Positions 37,078 through 47,198 of a DNA stretch of 64,000 bases are shown here, one piece after another. The DNA is taken from positions 200,436 through 264,435 of the forward strand of contig JBFWMA010000003.1 in assembly GCA_050251875.1 (NCBI GenBank), in the 5' to 3' direction. The stretch's first letter is position 1. Each line of letters opens with the position of its first letter. The notes below the pieces were generated by a model. That model saw only the letters and a list, made by a program, of their open reading frames with translations. It was not told where the DNA came from and ran no database searches. Position numbers and translations under genes: made by a program. This stretch comes from Deferribacterales bacterium (GTDB lineage Bacteria > Chrysiogenota > Deferribacteres > Deferribacterales > Geovibrionaceae).

Positions 37078-39474
37078 ATGGCTCAAGCAGATCTGCACTG
37101 CCACTCAAAATTCTCAAAACATCCCTCCGAATGGTTTCTTCAGCGTATCGGAGCGGCGGAATCATACACAGAGCCCGATTTCATATATCAGACGGCTAAA
37201 GCTAGGGGTATGGATTTTGTAACCATCACCGACCACAACGTGATGGACGCCTCATACTACCTGACAGAAAAATATCCGCAGGATACCTTCACGGGGACTG
37301 AGTTCACGGTTTATTTTCCAGAGGACGGGTGCAAGGTGCATATACTGGTATATGGTCTGACGCCGAAACAGTTCGATGTGCTCCAGACCGCCAGACGGGA
37401 CATATATCAGTTCAGGGAATATATCAGAGAACAGAAGCTCGCTTATTCAGTCGCCCACGCCACATACAGCGTGAACGGCAGGCTGGCTCTGCACCACCTG
37501 GAAAAGCTGATGCTGCTTTTCGATGTGTTCGAGGGGATAAACGGCGGACGTGGAAAACTGCACAACACCACATGGGTGCGCATACTGGAAAACCTCACTC
37601 CGCTCGCCATAGAAAACCTCTATTCCAGATACCGCATAGAGCCCATCAGCACAGACCCCTGGGTGAAAGGCTTTACCGCCGGATCAGACGACCACGCCGG
37701 ACTCTTCCTCGGCAAGACATATACCCTGACCAGAGCCTCCAGCCCGGAGGAATATGTGACCCGCATCAGAAACAAGGAATGCCGACATGCCGGACGATAC
37801 AGCGATTTTCACTCGCTGGCGTTCACAGTGTATAAGATAGCCCACGATTTCAGCCGCACGAAAAAGAGCGTGCATTTCGCCGGAGGTCTCTTCAGCAAGA
37901 TCACCAGCTATATCTTCGAACAGGAGAAGCCCAGTCTGATAGACCGTATCAAGCTGAAGGGTTTTAAGATGAAGACCGCCAACAAGGATGCCGGAAAGAT
38001 CAATCACATGATAGCCGATCTGGTGGAGGAGATGCGCAGGGAATCTTTCAACAACATAGAGAAGAAGCTGAACATGGTGTATCACAAAGCGTCCGACATA
38101 TCAGACGAATATTTCCGGCTGATGATCTCCCACATGGCTAAGGATGTGAACAGCATCAGTATGGACGACCTCTACAGAAGCATAACAACGGCTCTGCCGG
38201 GCGTGTTTCTGTCCATCCCGTTCTTCAGCTCGTTTAACCAGATATATAAAGACAGGGAGCTTATAAACCAGCTCGAGGAAAAATTCAGCTATGGGTCAAC
38301 CCCCGTCAGAAAACGCATACTCTGGTTCACCGACACCATCAACGATCTGAACGGCGTGTCTGTGACTCTGCGCACCATAGGAAAGCTAGCGCATGATAAG
38401 GGATATGACCTGAAGCTGGTCTCCTGTCTGACACCGGAGGAGATAGACCACCGTCTGCCTCCCAACCTGATAAATCTGAAACCCATAGAATCATTCGGAC
38501 TGCCCTATTATGAAAAGATAACTATAAAAGTGCCCTCCATCATCAGGGCGCTGGAACAGATATACGATTTCGAACCGGATGAGGTATATATCTCCACCCC
38601 CGGACCTGTGGGGCTTCTGGGGCTTTTGGCCGCCAGACTGCTGTCTGTGAAATCCACAGGAATCTACCACACGGATTTTACGGGCGAGGCGAAGGAGATA
38701 ACCAAAAACGACTCGCTGGTAAATCTGGTGGAGGCGTACACCCGCTGGTTCTTCGATTCCGTGACAGAACTGAAGACCACATCCGCTCAGTATGTGGATT
38801 ATCTGGAAGGCAGAGGCATCAGCCGCCACAAGATGAGCGTGTTCAAAAGGGGCATAGACGCAAAGCTCTTCACCCCCATGGACAAGAGGGAGAAGGGAGT
38901 CTTTACCCTGTGCTATGCCGGCAGGGTTTCACAGGATAAAAACCTCGATTTTCTTCTGGAGCTTTTCGATGAGCTGGAGAAAAAATACCGGCTGCGCCTG
39001 ATAATAGCGGGACACGGTCCATACAGCCCCAGAATAGAGGAATTCGCCAAAGGACGTGACAACGTGATAGTGAAAGGCGAGATAGACCACGGCAAGATGC
39101 CGGAGATCTATGCCCAGAGCGACCTGTTCGTCTTCCCCAGCAATACCGACACATTCGGCATGGTGGTTCTGGAATCTCAGGCATGCGGTATCCCCGCCAT
39201 AGTGTCAGACATGGGCGGACCGAAAGAGATAATCGAGGACGGCATGACAGGCATGGTAGCCCGTGCCAGCGATTATGCCGACTGGACGGAAAAGCTCACC
39301 AGAATGATAGAGCTGTGGCAGACCGACATAGCTGAATACAGAAAGCTGGGCAGAAACGCCAGAGAGAGAGTTTTGGAAAATTTCAACTGGGACAGGGTTC
39401 TGGAAGAGCTTTTCACCAGAAGACCCGGTTCCGTCACATCATCATCCGCTGTCAGCGAAAAACTAGCTGTCTAA
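37078..39474 (+). CDS. PHP-domain / GT4 glycosyltransferase fusion
   Basis: DLHCHS, ITDHN, H..VYG and GSDDH (PHP); FTDT..DLNGV, GRVSQDKN and DTFGMVVLESQACG (GT4). Confidence 0.88.
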   Translation: MAQADLHCHSKFSKHPSEWFLQRIGAAESYTEPDFIYQTAKARGMDFVTITDHNVMDASYYLTEKYPQDTFTGTEFTVYFPEDGCKVHILVYGLTPKQFDVLQTARRDIYQFREYIREQKLAYSVAHATYSVNGRLALHHLEKLMLLFDVFEGINGGRGKLHNTTWVRILENLTPLAIENLYSRYRIEPISTDPWVKGFTAGSDDHAGLFLGKTYTLTRASSPEEYVTRIRNKECRHAGRYSDFHSLAFTVYKIAHDFSRTKKSVHFAGGLFSKITSYIFEQEKPSLIDRIKLKGFKMKTANKDAGKINHMIADLVEEMRRESFNNIEKKLNMVYHKASDISDEYFRLMISHMAKDVNSISMDDLYRSITTALPGVFLSIPFFSSFNQIYKDRELINQLEEKFSYGSTPVRKRILWFTDTINDLNGVSVTLRTIGKLAHDKGYDLKLVSCLTPEEIDHRLPPNLINLKPIESFGLPYYEKITIKVPSIIRALEQIYDFEPDEVYISTPGPVGLLGLLAARLLSVKSTGIYHTDFTGEAKEITKNDSLVNLVEAYTRWFFDSVTELKTTSAQYVDYLEGRGISRHKMSVFKRGIDAKLFTPMDKREKGVFTLCYAGRVSQDKNLDFLLELFDELEKKYRLRLIIAGHGPYSPRIEEFAKGRDNVIVKGEIDHGKMPEIYAQSDLFVFPSNTDTFGMVVLESQACGIPAIVSDMGGPKEIIEDGMTGMVARASDYADWTEKLTRMIELWQTDIAEYRKLGRNARERVLENFNWDRVLEELFTRRPGSVTSSSAVSEKLAV

Positions 39475-40734
39475 ATGGGTGTGGAGTTTATAAAAGAATT
39501 TCTGCGCAACGCTCCGGCGTTCATCAGAGGCAGAACGGCAGGTCAGCTAGTCATCCAGACCACCGATTTCTGCAACGCTAAATGTCCACAGTGCGGCATG
39601 CGTGTGCAGGAAAAATTTCAGAGAAGCAAGCTGGACAAGGAGACGATGCTCGCCATCATCGACAGAGCGGCGGAGAACAGGGTGAAGGCGCTGTCTTTCA
39701 CCGGAGGCGAACCCTTTCTGTTCGAGGATACCCTGTTCGACTGCATCAACTATGCCCGCCTGAAACGCATCCCCTACCTGCGCACAGGCACAAACGGATT
39801 CATGTTCATGGGCGCTGAGCGTCCGGATTTTTTATACCGTATGAGACAGTTCGCCCAGAAGCTGAAAGAGAGCGGTCTCTATACCTTCTGGATCAGTCTG
39901 GACAGCTGGGACATACTGGAGCACGAGACAGGCAGAGGGCTGAAGGGCGTGACGGACGGCATCCGCAGGGCGCTTCCGGTCTTTGCGGAGGAAGGAGTCT
40001 ATCCGTCAGCTAACCTGGGCATCAACAGAACTCTGGTTCGGGGCGACATCAAGGTAAACAGCCACAGCACCGATGCGGAGAAACAGCTTTTTTATAAAGC
40101 CTACCGCCACGGATTCGATAAATTCTACTCATTCGCCGCCTCGATGGGCTTCACCATCGCCAACGCCTGCTATCCTATGAGCATGCAGGAGGGGGCGGTC
40201 TATAAGGCGGAATCCTCAGACGACATGGTTACATACAACGACACGGAAAAACATCTGCTGTTTAAGGCGCTGTATGACACCATAGCCGAACACAGGTCGC
40301 ATATACGCATATTCACGCCGAAGAGCTCTCTGCTGATGCTGATACGGCACTATGGGGGCGAGACGGGAGCCGGATTCGCCTGTTACGGCGGGATAGACTA
40401 TTTTTTTGTGAACAGCGCCGATGGACACGCATACCCCTGCGGGTTCAGGGTGGGCGATGATCTGGGCAGATATGACAAGCTGGATACGCTGAAGATCCGG
40501 CAGAAGCCTTATTGCAAAGAGTGCGACTGGGAATGTTTCCGTGACCCGTCCAACCAGACTGGGGTCGTGGCGGAGCTGTTCCGGTCTCCGTTTAAGACGA
40601 TCGGGTTTATGTTTCGTGACAGAAAATTCATGAAAGACTGGGCGACAGACATACTCTATTATTTCGCCTGCGGAATGTTCAATTTCAGGCTGAGCCCCAG
40701 ATATGACCGGATGAGAAGATTTTCTAAAAATTGA
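39475..40734 (+). CDS. Radical SAM protein with C-terminal Cys cluster (SPASM/twitch-like)
   Basis: CNAKCPQC and FTGGEP motifs; CYGG...YPCG...CKECDWEC; starts right after the GT4 stop codon. Confidence 0.9.
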   Translation: MGVEFIKEFLRNAPAFIRGRTAGQLVIQTTDFCNAKCPQCGMRVQEKFQRSKLDKETMLAIIDRAAENRVKALSFTGGEPFLFEDTLFDCINYARLKRIPYLRTGTNGFMFMGAERPDFLYRMRQFAQKLKESGLYTFWISLDSWDILEHETGRGLKGVTDGIRRALPVFAEEGVYPSANLGINRTLVRGDIKVNSHSTDAEKQLFYKAYRHGFDKFYSFAASMGFTIANACYPMSMQEGAVYKAESSDDMVTYNDTEKHLLFKALYDTIAEHRSHIRIFTPKSSLLMLIRHYGGETGAGFACYGGIDYFFVNSADGHAYPCGFRVGDDLGRYDKLDTLKIRQKPYCKECDWECFRDPSNQTGVVAELFRSPFKTIGFMFRDRKFMKDWATDILYYFACGMFNFRLSPRYDRMRRFSKN

Positions 40735-41392
40735 TTCTGATATCCCTGCCTTTTATGGTGATGTGACCGTCCGCCGTCATCTGTTTGATGATCCGTGACA
40801 GGTTCTCTGGCGTGCTCCCCAGCAGAATAGCCAGCTCGCATCTGGGCACAGGCAGGCGCACGGTGTCGGACATGTTTTTTCTGGAGTGTTCACGCAGATA
40901 TTTCTCCAGCCTCTTGCGGGTGTCGGTCATGCTGAGGTTTTCTATGTATGACATGTAGAAATCGAACTCCCTCTTACAGCTTTTCAGCAGATTCTCCAGA
41001 AGGCGCGGATTCTTCAGAACTTCGTTCTTCACCGCGGATTTATCTATAACCAGAAGCTCTGTGTCTTCCAGCGCGGAAGCCGAGAGCAGACTGTGCCCGC
41101 CCATGATTCCGTTGGCAAATGATTCTCCAGCCGAGCTGTATTTCAGCACGATGTCCCTGCCCTCTTCGCTGGTGCGGAACAGCTTTACCAGACCGCTGAC
41201 TACAAAAAAAGTGTGGTTGATCTCCTGCCCCTGGGCAAATATGATATCCTTCTTCTTTTTCACAGATATAAAGCTGGCAGATGCTATTTTTTTTGCCAGC
41301 TCAGGGTTTTCTCCTCCGAACCGGTTTTTGATGAATTCGTTTACAGCAGAATTTTTTTTAGAAATCTTAACACCTGTCAATGCAATCTCCAT
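40724..41392 (-). CDS. Crp/Fnr-family regulator
   Basis: cNMP-like domain (VVSGLVKL...EGR); HTH LGSTPENLSR. Confidence 0.9.
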   Translation of the reverse strand: MEIALTGVKISKKNSAVNEFIKNRFGGENPELAKKIASASFISVKKKKDIIFAQGQEINHTFFVVSGLVKLFRTSEEGRDIVLKYSSAGESFANGIMGGHSLLSASALEDTELLVIDKSAVKNEVLKNPRLLENLLKSCKREFDFYMSYIENLSMTDTRKRLEKYLREHSRKNMSDTVRLPVPRCELAILLGSTPENLSRIIKQMTADGHITIKGRDIRINF

Positions 41393-41397
41393 TGTTT

Positions 41398-41439
41398 GAT
41401 AATAAGACTCATTATCATTATCCGGATTGAGTTTGTCAA
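41398..41439. promoter_or_regulatory. Double Fur box overlapping the crp/fnr promoter
   Basis: GATAATGATAATGAGTCTTATTATC (two overlapping 15/19 matches); minus-strand TTGACA-N17-GATAAT. Confidence 0.8.
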
Positions 41440-41510
41440 GAATAATCGGGGAAAATCAAACCCGACCACAGGTTTTAGAGAAAAAGAATTGAATACATCA
41501 GGAGGTTACT

Positions 41511-43628
41511 ATGAAGGGACTGTCCGCAGCTCTGGCTGTGCTGATGGCTGTGAGCGTCACGGCGCACGCCGAAAATCTGATGCAGGATACGATATATCTG
41601 GACGAGGTGTCCGTAAATGCTCAGCAGACACAGCAGCAGACTATGACATCCACCGACTACAGGGTGCAGGAGAAGAAGAGGAGCAACAACATAGCGGATT
41701 TTCTGGAGAGAGACCCGGAGATCAGCCTTAAAAGAAAAACGGTGATAGGCGACAGCGGAGACGTGATGACTATCAGAGGTCAGAGCGGACAGAGGATTAT
41801 GCTGAATCTGGACGGCAGAACCATAAACTCCACAGGGACTAACGGCGGAAACTATATCGATTTCAGCACGATTCCGCTGGATAATATCGACCGTATAGAA
41901 GTGATAAAAGGCGGCAGCAGCGCCGAATACGGCAACAACGCACTGGGCGGGGTAATCAATGCCTACACGGTGAGACCCGCAGCCGCTCCGAGAGTCAGCC
42001 TTTACGGTACGCTGGGCTGGCTGGATGACGAAGACACTTTTTATAATGTGAGAGGCAGCTATTCGCAGAAATTCGGCGGTGTCGGAATCAGCCTCGGTCT
42101 CAGCCATCAGGAGGCGGACGCCTATCTGTGGAACAACGACTACAGCTCCAGCCACATAGCGCCCAAAATATACATCGACACCCCATGGAAAGGCGGCGAG
42201 CTGGTTCTGGGATATGATTATACCAAGACATACAGAGGGATGATCAGAAGCAACAGAGTGTCTGCTGATCCTGATGACCCAGGATATGAAGAGGAAGTGG
42301 ATGACGCCGAAGTGCTTTCTCTGGGCGAAACCTTCTCCGGCGGTGCCGGCGGACAGGCGATGAGCCTTGTGGGAGACGGCGCTTATTATGACAAGATAAA
42401 ACAGTTCTATACAGCCACATTCACCCAGAGCATAGGCTCCAGCGCGTTCTTTGAGCTGTCGGCTTTTGCGAACCACGAGGACAGGTTTGACAGAAACTAT
42501 GCCTCAAAAACTATGGGCGGGATTCAGGAAGGCGCTCTGGTTCTGGACAGAAAGGTAGAGGTGGACAGAAGTTACGGATATAAGGCGAAGACAGAAGTTC
42601 TGACAGACAGGCACAAGCTGGTCTTCGGGGCGGAACAGAAAAACCTGAGAGCGGGCGCCATTGAGGTAGATTATGTAGCTCCCGGTCCCTGGAAAGGCGG
42701 AATCGCCAGCTCGGATTCCGAGCCGAAGATAATAGCCGAGGGGATTTTTCTGTCCGACAGCTGGGATATCACCAAGCGCCTGACAATGGACATCGGATTC
42801 CGCTATGACAGCTATGACGCCAGCCAGTACAAGACAAAGAGCGGCGTCATGCAGAGACAGAGATATGAGGACGACAGCATCACTCCCAAATTCGGGCTGA
42901 CATATGCCCTGACTCCCAATGACAAGATAGCCGTGTTCGTTTACCAGAGCTACAGAACACCTACCATACCGGAGATGAACCACTTCTCCGATGCTCTGGG
43001 CGTGTCTCTGCTGGAGGACGAACAGCTTAAACCGGAGAAGGCGAACGCCATCGACATCGCCTATAAACACAGTTTCGCTGACAAGAAAGGATATGTGAAA
43101 CTGTCAGCATATCACTATGACATAGATGATTATCTGCTGATGGGTACCAACCCGGTCACCAATTCCGGCAGAATCACATATAACATCGACAACGCTAAGT
43201 TCACCGGAGTAAGCGCTGAGGGAAGATACTCACTGACAAAATCTTTAACTGCGGGCGCCGGACTGGCATTCACAGAATCAGAGAAGAACGGCGATCCAGT
43301 TTCGGAATCATACAGCGAATACGCCTCTGACGAGGTGGACTATGTGCCTGATCTGAAAGGAAACGTTAACCTGGTCTGGAAAATATCAGAAAAATTCAGC
43401 CTCGATACCACCCTGAGCTATGTGGGCGAGAGAGAGTATTTCTATTATGGAAAATCCAGAGAGCTGGACCCCTATATGCTTCTGGGCACAAGCCTCAGCT
43501 GGGCGGCGAACAAGAGCACTGTGGTTGAGTTCTATGTGGATAATATCTTCGACACAGACTATGAAGAGCAGTACGGATACCCGGCGCTGGGGCTGAACGG
43601 CGGAGTGAGCGTGAAATGGACATTCTGA
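41511..43628 (+). CDS. TonB-dependent receptor
   Basis: Signal peptide; LDEVSV TonB box; IDRIEVIKGGSSAEYG..ALGGVIN plug motif; terminal WTF. Confidence 0.95.
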   Translation: MKGLSAALAVLMAVSVTAHAENLMQDTIYLDEVSVNAQQTQQQTMTSTDYRVQEKKRSNNIADFLERDPEISLKRKTVIGDSGDVMTIRGQSGQRIMLNLDGRTINSTGTNGGNYIDFSTIPLDNIDRIEVIKGGSSAEYGNNALGGVINAYTVRPAAAPRVSLYGTLGWLDDEDTFYNVRGSYSQKFGGVGISLGLSHQEADAYLWNNDYSSSHIAPKIYIDTPWKGGELVLGYDYTKTYRGMIRSNRVSADPDDPGYEEEVDDAEVLSLGETFSGGAGGQAMSLVGDGAYYDKIKQFYTATFTQSIGSSAFFELSAFANHEDRFDRNYASKTMGGIQEGALVLDRKVEVDRSYGYKAKTEVLTDRHKLVFGAEQKNLRAGAIEVDYVAPGPWKGGIASSDSEPKIIAEGIFLSDSWDITKRLTMDIGFRYDSYDASQYKTKSGVMQRQRYEDDSITPKFGLTYALTPNDKIAVFVYQSYRTPTIPEMNHFSDALGVSLLEDEQLKPEKANAIDIAYKHSFADKKGYVKLSAYHYDIDDYLLMGTNPVTNSGRITYNIDNAKFTGVSAEGRYSLTKSLTAGAGLAFTESEKNGDPVSESYSEYASDEVDYVPDLKGNVNLVWKISEKFSLDTTLSYVGEREYFYYGKSRELDPYMLLGTSLSWAANKSTVVEFYVDNIFDTDYEEQYGYPALGLNGGVSVKWTF

Positions 43629-44374
43629 GAAAAAAAGGGCAGAGCGCCGAAATGTGGGACAAGAGAGCACTGAGCTATCCGAGATATTCATCATCTCCGG
43701 ATACCTTTGAGGCAGAGATAATAAAAATGACTGAGGAGGCGGGCGTCATTCTGACGCGCGCCTCTCTGCTGGATGTGGGCTGCGGCAGCGGAAAGTTCAC
43801 CATCGGGCTGGCGAAGAAAGCCGGGCGGGTGCACGGGATAGACATATCCGGTGAAATGCTGAGGATTCTGATGGAGGACGCGGAGAAAGAGGGCGTCCGC
43901 AACATCACCTGCGAAAAGACAGGCTGGGAGGGGTTCGACTGTGATATCAGATACGATCTGGTCTTCTGCTCCACCACCCCTGCGGTGAGAACTCCGGAGG
44001 ACTATCTCCGTGTTCACGATATAGCCCGTAAGGCGGTGATATATCTCGGCTGGGCAGGCAGAAAAGATTCGGACATCACTCTGGAGGTCTGCGCCGCCCA
44101 CGGCAGAAAGACGAAGAGTTTCAACGATACTCCCGATCTTAAAAAATGGCTGGATGAGAAGAAGATTCCCTATAAAAACTTTGTGAAAGAGAATGATTTC
44201 GAAAGGGACTACCACAGGGACGAGATAGCCAAAATGTGTTTGGACGCAGTGGCGGATGATGAAAACCGCTCAGCGCAGACGATAGATCAGATTCTGGACA
44301 AATATTCCCTGCCGGACGGCAGGATCAGAGACAGGCTGTATTTTCGCAGGGAGCTGATAATATGGGAAAAATAG
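43616..44374 (+). CDS. Class I SAM-dependent methyltransferase
   Basis: LDVGCGSG and GIDISGEM motifs; WDKRA N-terminus. Confidence 0.9.
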   Translation: MDILRKKGQSAEMWDKRALSYPRYSSSPDTFEAEIIKMTEEAGVILTRASLLDVGCGSGKFTIGLAKKAGRVHGIDISGEMLRILMEDAEKEGVRNITCEKTGWEGFDCDIRYDLVFCSTTPAVRTPEDYLRVHDIARKAVIYLGWAGRKDSDITLEVCAAHGRKTKSFNDTPDLKKWLDEKKIPYKNFVKENDFERDYHRDEIAKMCLDAVADDENRSAQTIDQILDKYSLPDGRIRDRLYFRRELIIWEK

Positions 44375-45435
44375 CCTTAGCGGCGGCAATCGTTCTCTGC
44401 CTGAGCTTTACATCGCACAGCGCTGTGATGACGGATATGCTGGGGCGCAGTGTGGACGTGCCGGATAAAAAGATAGAGAGGATTATCGCTCTCAGACACA
44501 GCATGAGCTTTATCTCTTATCTGGGGGCGCAGGGGATGGTGACCGCTGTGGAGAGGATAGACAAGAAGGACTATGAGAAACGTCCGTATGTCTTTGCCAA
44601 CAAAGAAATTGTGAAAAATCTCCCCGTGATAAGCGAAGGCGGGGCAAAGGGAATCCCCAGCAATGAGATGATGATAGCCCTGAAGCCGGACGTGATATTC
44701 ACCGTGACGCAGGACGCCTCTGAGGCTGATCTGATGCAGAGAAAACTGCGGATACCCGTGGTGGTGCTCAGCTATGGATACAGCGGAGTGGAGTTCAGCG
44801 ATATATACCGTTCGCTGGAGCTGGCGGGAAAAATTCTGAACAGGGAACAGAGAGCGGCTGAGCTGATATCATACATGGAAGGACTGAAAAAAGAGCTGGA
44901 TTTTAAGCCGGACAAGAGAGCCAGAGCCTATATAGGCGGAGTGTCTTATAAGGGCACAAGGGGCATAGACAGCACAGAGGCGAATTTTCTGCCGTTCCGG
45001 CTGGCGGGGGTGGAAAACACCGCGGATTCGGCAGGGCTGAAGGGGCATGTCTTTCTTCAGAAAGAGTATCTCACGCTGATGAACCCGGACATAATATTTA
45101 TCGACAGCGCCGGATTTGAGCTGGTGGCGGGTTCTCACGCCAAAGACAGCGGTCTTCTGAAGAGGCTGAAAGCGTTCTCCAGAGGACAGGCATATCTTCT
45201 GCCTGCGAATACTTATTATTACACCAACATAGACCTGATGCTCGCAAATGCCTTTTTCATAGCTAAGATCGCTTATCCGGACAGATATAAGAATCTCGAT
45301 CCGGACAGGAAGGCAGGCGAGATAATCAAAGCATTCACGGGAAAGGATATCTTTCCTGAGGTGAAGAAAGATATGGGCGGTTTCCAGCGCCTGCGTCTGG
45401 CTGACCGTGAGATAAAAGCGGAGGTCATTCGCTGA
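44362..45435 (+). CDS. Iron/cobalamin-type ABC substrate-binding protein
   Basis: TDMLGRSV, LKPDVIF and NPDIIF motifs. Confidence 0.9.
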   Translation: MGKIALAAAIVLCLSFTSHSAVMTDMLGRSVDVPDKKIERIIALRHSMSFISYLGAQGMVTAVERIDKKDYEKRPYVFANKEIVKNLPVISEGGAKGIPSNEMMIALKPDVIFTVTQDASEADLMQRKLRIPVVVLSYGYSGVEFSDIYRSLELAGKILNREQRAAELISYMEGLKKELDFKPDKRARAYIGGVSYKGTRGIDSTEANFLPFRLAGVENTADSAGLKGHVFLQKEYLTLMNPDIIFIDSAGFELVAGSHAKDSGLLKRLKAFSRGQAYLLPANTYYYTNIDLMLANAFFIAKIAYPDRYKNLDPDRKAGEIIKAFTGKDIFPEVKKDMGGFQRLRLADREIKAEVIR

Positions 45436-46460
45436 TGGGCGGCAGGATTGTTTTCTGGTTTGTGATGACATTTCTCCTGTTCCTGTTCGTTCTGCTCGGT
45501 GTGAAGCACGGAGCGGTGCAGAGCTCATGGGGCGAGGCTCTCATGGCTCTGTTCCGGACAGGAAACAATGATGATCTTATATATTTCATATGGCATCTGC
45601 GCCTGCCGAAAATTCTGGCGGCGCTGGCTGTGGGCGGTGCTCTGGCGGTGAGCGGCGTTATTCTTCAGAATATTCTGCGCAACCCGCTCGCTTCGTCATT
45701 CACGCTGGGTCTGTCACAGGGAGCGGCTTTCGGGGCGACATTTTCCATCATAGTGATGGGCTCCGGCATGGGATCCGGTCTTCTGATGGGCAATCTGGGG
45801 ATGGTGGCGTTCGGCGCTTTCGCCGGGGCGATGCTGTCTGCGCTCATCATCCTGCTGTTCTCGTTCGTCAAGGGGATGACCCCGCAGGGACTGATACTGG
45901 CGGGTGTGGCTATGTCGGCGTTTTTCAGCGCCTGCACCATGCTGCTTCAGTATTTCTCCACCGACACTCAGCTTGCCGCCGCTGTCTTCTGGACATTCGG
46001 CGATCTGGGCAAGGGGAGCTGGTCGGAGGCTGTCACTGTTCTGGCGGTGATGGCGGCGGGCGTTCTGTTCGCTCTGAGGCACAGCTGGGACTACAACGCT
46101 GTCCAGTGGGGTGAGATGCACGCCGAAGGGCTTGGTGTGGAGGTGAAGAAGATCAGAATATATTCTCTGATAGTGACGTCTCTGATGTCCGCCTTTGCCA
46201 CGGCATATTACGGCGTGATAGGTTTTGTGGGGCTGATAGCTCCGCACATGGTACGGATGATGTTCAGACACACGGGGCACAGTTTTCTGATACCCGCCTC
46301 CGCTCTGCTGGGCGGTGTTTTCCTTCTGGGAGCGGATACTCTGGCGCAGATGGTTTTTTATCCTCTGGCTCTGCCTGTGGGGGTTATCACGGCTTTTGCC
46401 GGAGTACCCATGTTTCTGTTCATACTTATGAAGAGGTCTATAAAAAATGGTAAAGGCTGA
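45435..46460 (+). CDS. FecCD-family ABC permease
   Basis: LRLPK, RNPLAS and IGFVGLIAPH motifs. Confidence 0.95.
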   Translation: MGGRIVFWFVMTFLLFLFVLLGVKHGAVQSSWGEALMALFRTGNNDDLIYFIWHLRLPKILAALAVGGALAVSGVILQNILRNPLASSFTLGLSQGAAFGATFSIIVMGSGMGSGLLMGNLGMVAFGAFAGAMLSALIILLFSFVKGMTPQGLILAGVAMSAFFSACTMLLQYFSTDTQLAAAVFWTFGDLGKGSWSEAVTVLAVMAAGVLFALRHSWDYNAVQWGEMHAEGLGVEVKKIRIYSLIVTSLMSAFATAYYGVIGFVGLIAPHMVRMMFRHTGHSFLIPASALLGGVFLLGADTLAQMVFYPLALPVGVITAFAGVPMFLFILMKRSIKNGKG

Positions 46461-47196
46461 TAATGTCGGATTCCGGCTGAAAAACGGCAGAAAGATACTG
46501 GAAGGAGTGACTCTGGGGCTGAAAAGCTCGGAGATATGCGTGGTGATAGGTCCGAACGGGGCTGGCAAGTCCACTCTGATGAAGGTGATGAACGGAATCA
46601 TAAAACCCACGGACGGCAGGGTGGACATAGGAGACGAGTGCGTTTCCGGCATGCAGAGGCGTGACATAGCGAAGAAGATAGCCTATCTGCCGCAGACGAC
46701 CCATCCTGTGCCGTGCAGTGTTTATGAGACGGTTCTTCTGGGACGTAAACCATATATGAGCTGGCATCCGAAAAAAGACGACCACGAAATGACCGAAGAC
46801 GTGATGCGTGAGCTGGGAATATCTTCCATGAGGGATAAATGCGTCACGGAGCTTTCCGGAGGCGAGTTTCAGAAGATACTGATCGCCAGGGCGATGGTTC
46901 AGAAAGCCGATATCCTGATGCTGGATGAGCCCATAAACCATCTGGATGTTAAAAATCAGCTGGAGATAATGGATACGGCGGAGCGGGTGACGAAGGAGCA
47001 CGGGCTCTCCACTATGATAGTTCTGCACGATCTGAATCTGGCGCTCAGATACGCTGATTCTGTTCTGCTGATGGACGGCGGAAGATCTCTTTACTGCGGG
47101 GATAAGGACGGGATGTCTGAGGAAAAACTGTCTGAGGCATACGGAATTAATATATCCGTGAAGAAGATAGACGACAGAAGCGTTGTGATGTACTGA
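46447..47196 (+). CDS. ABC ATPase (FecE-like)
   Basis: GPNGAGKST, LSGGE, LDEP and HDLNLA motifs. Confidence 0.95.
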   Translation: MVKADNVGFRLKNGRKILEGVTLGLKSSEICVVIGPNGAGKSTLMKVMNGIIKPTDGRVDIGDECVSGMQRRDIAKKIAYLPQTTHPVPCSVYETVLLGRKPYMSWHPKKDDHEMTEDVMRELGISSMRDKCVTELSGGEFQKILIARAMVQKADILMLDEPINHLDVKNQLEIMDTAERVTKEHGLSTMIVLHDLNLALRYADSVLLMDGGRSLYCGDKDGMSEEKLSEAYGINISVKKIDDRSVVMY

Positions 47197-47198
47197 CG

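Noticed and set aside
41427..41439. TTGA-N5-TCAA as an FNR box
   Set aside because: Spacing is one base short of TTGAT-N4-ATCAA, and it coincides with a -35 element.
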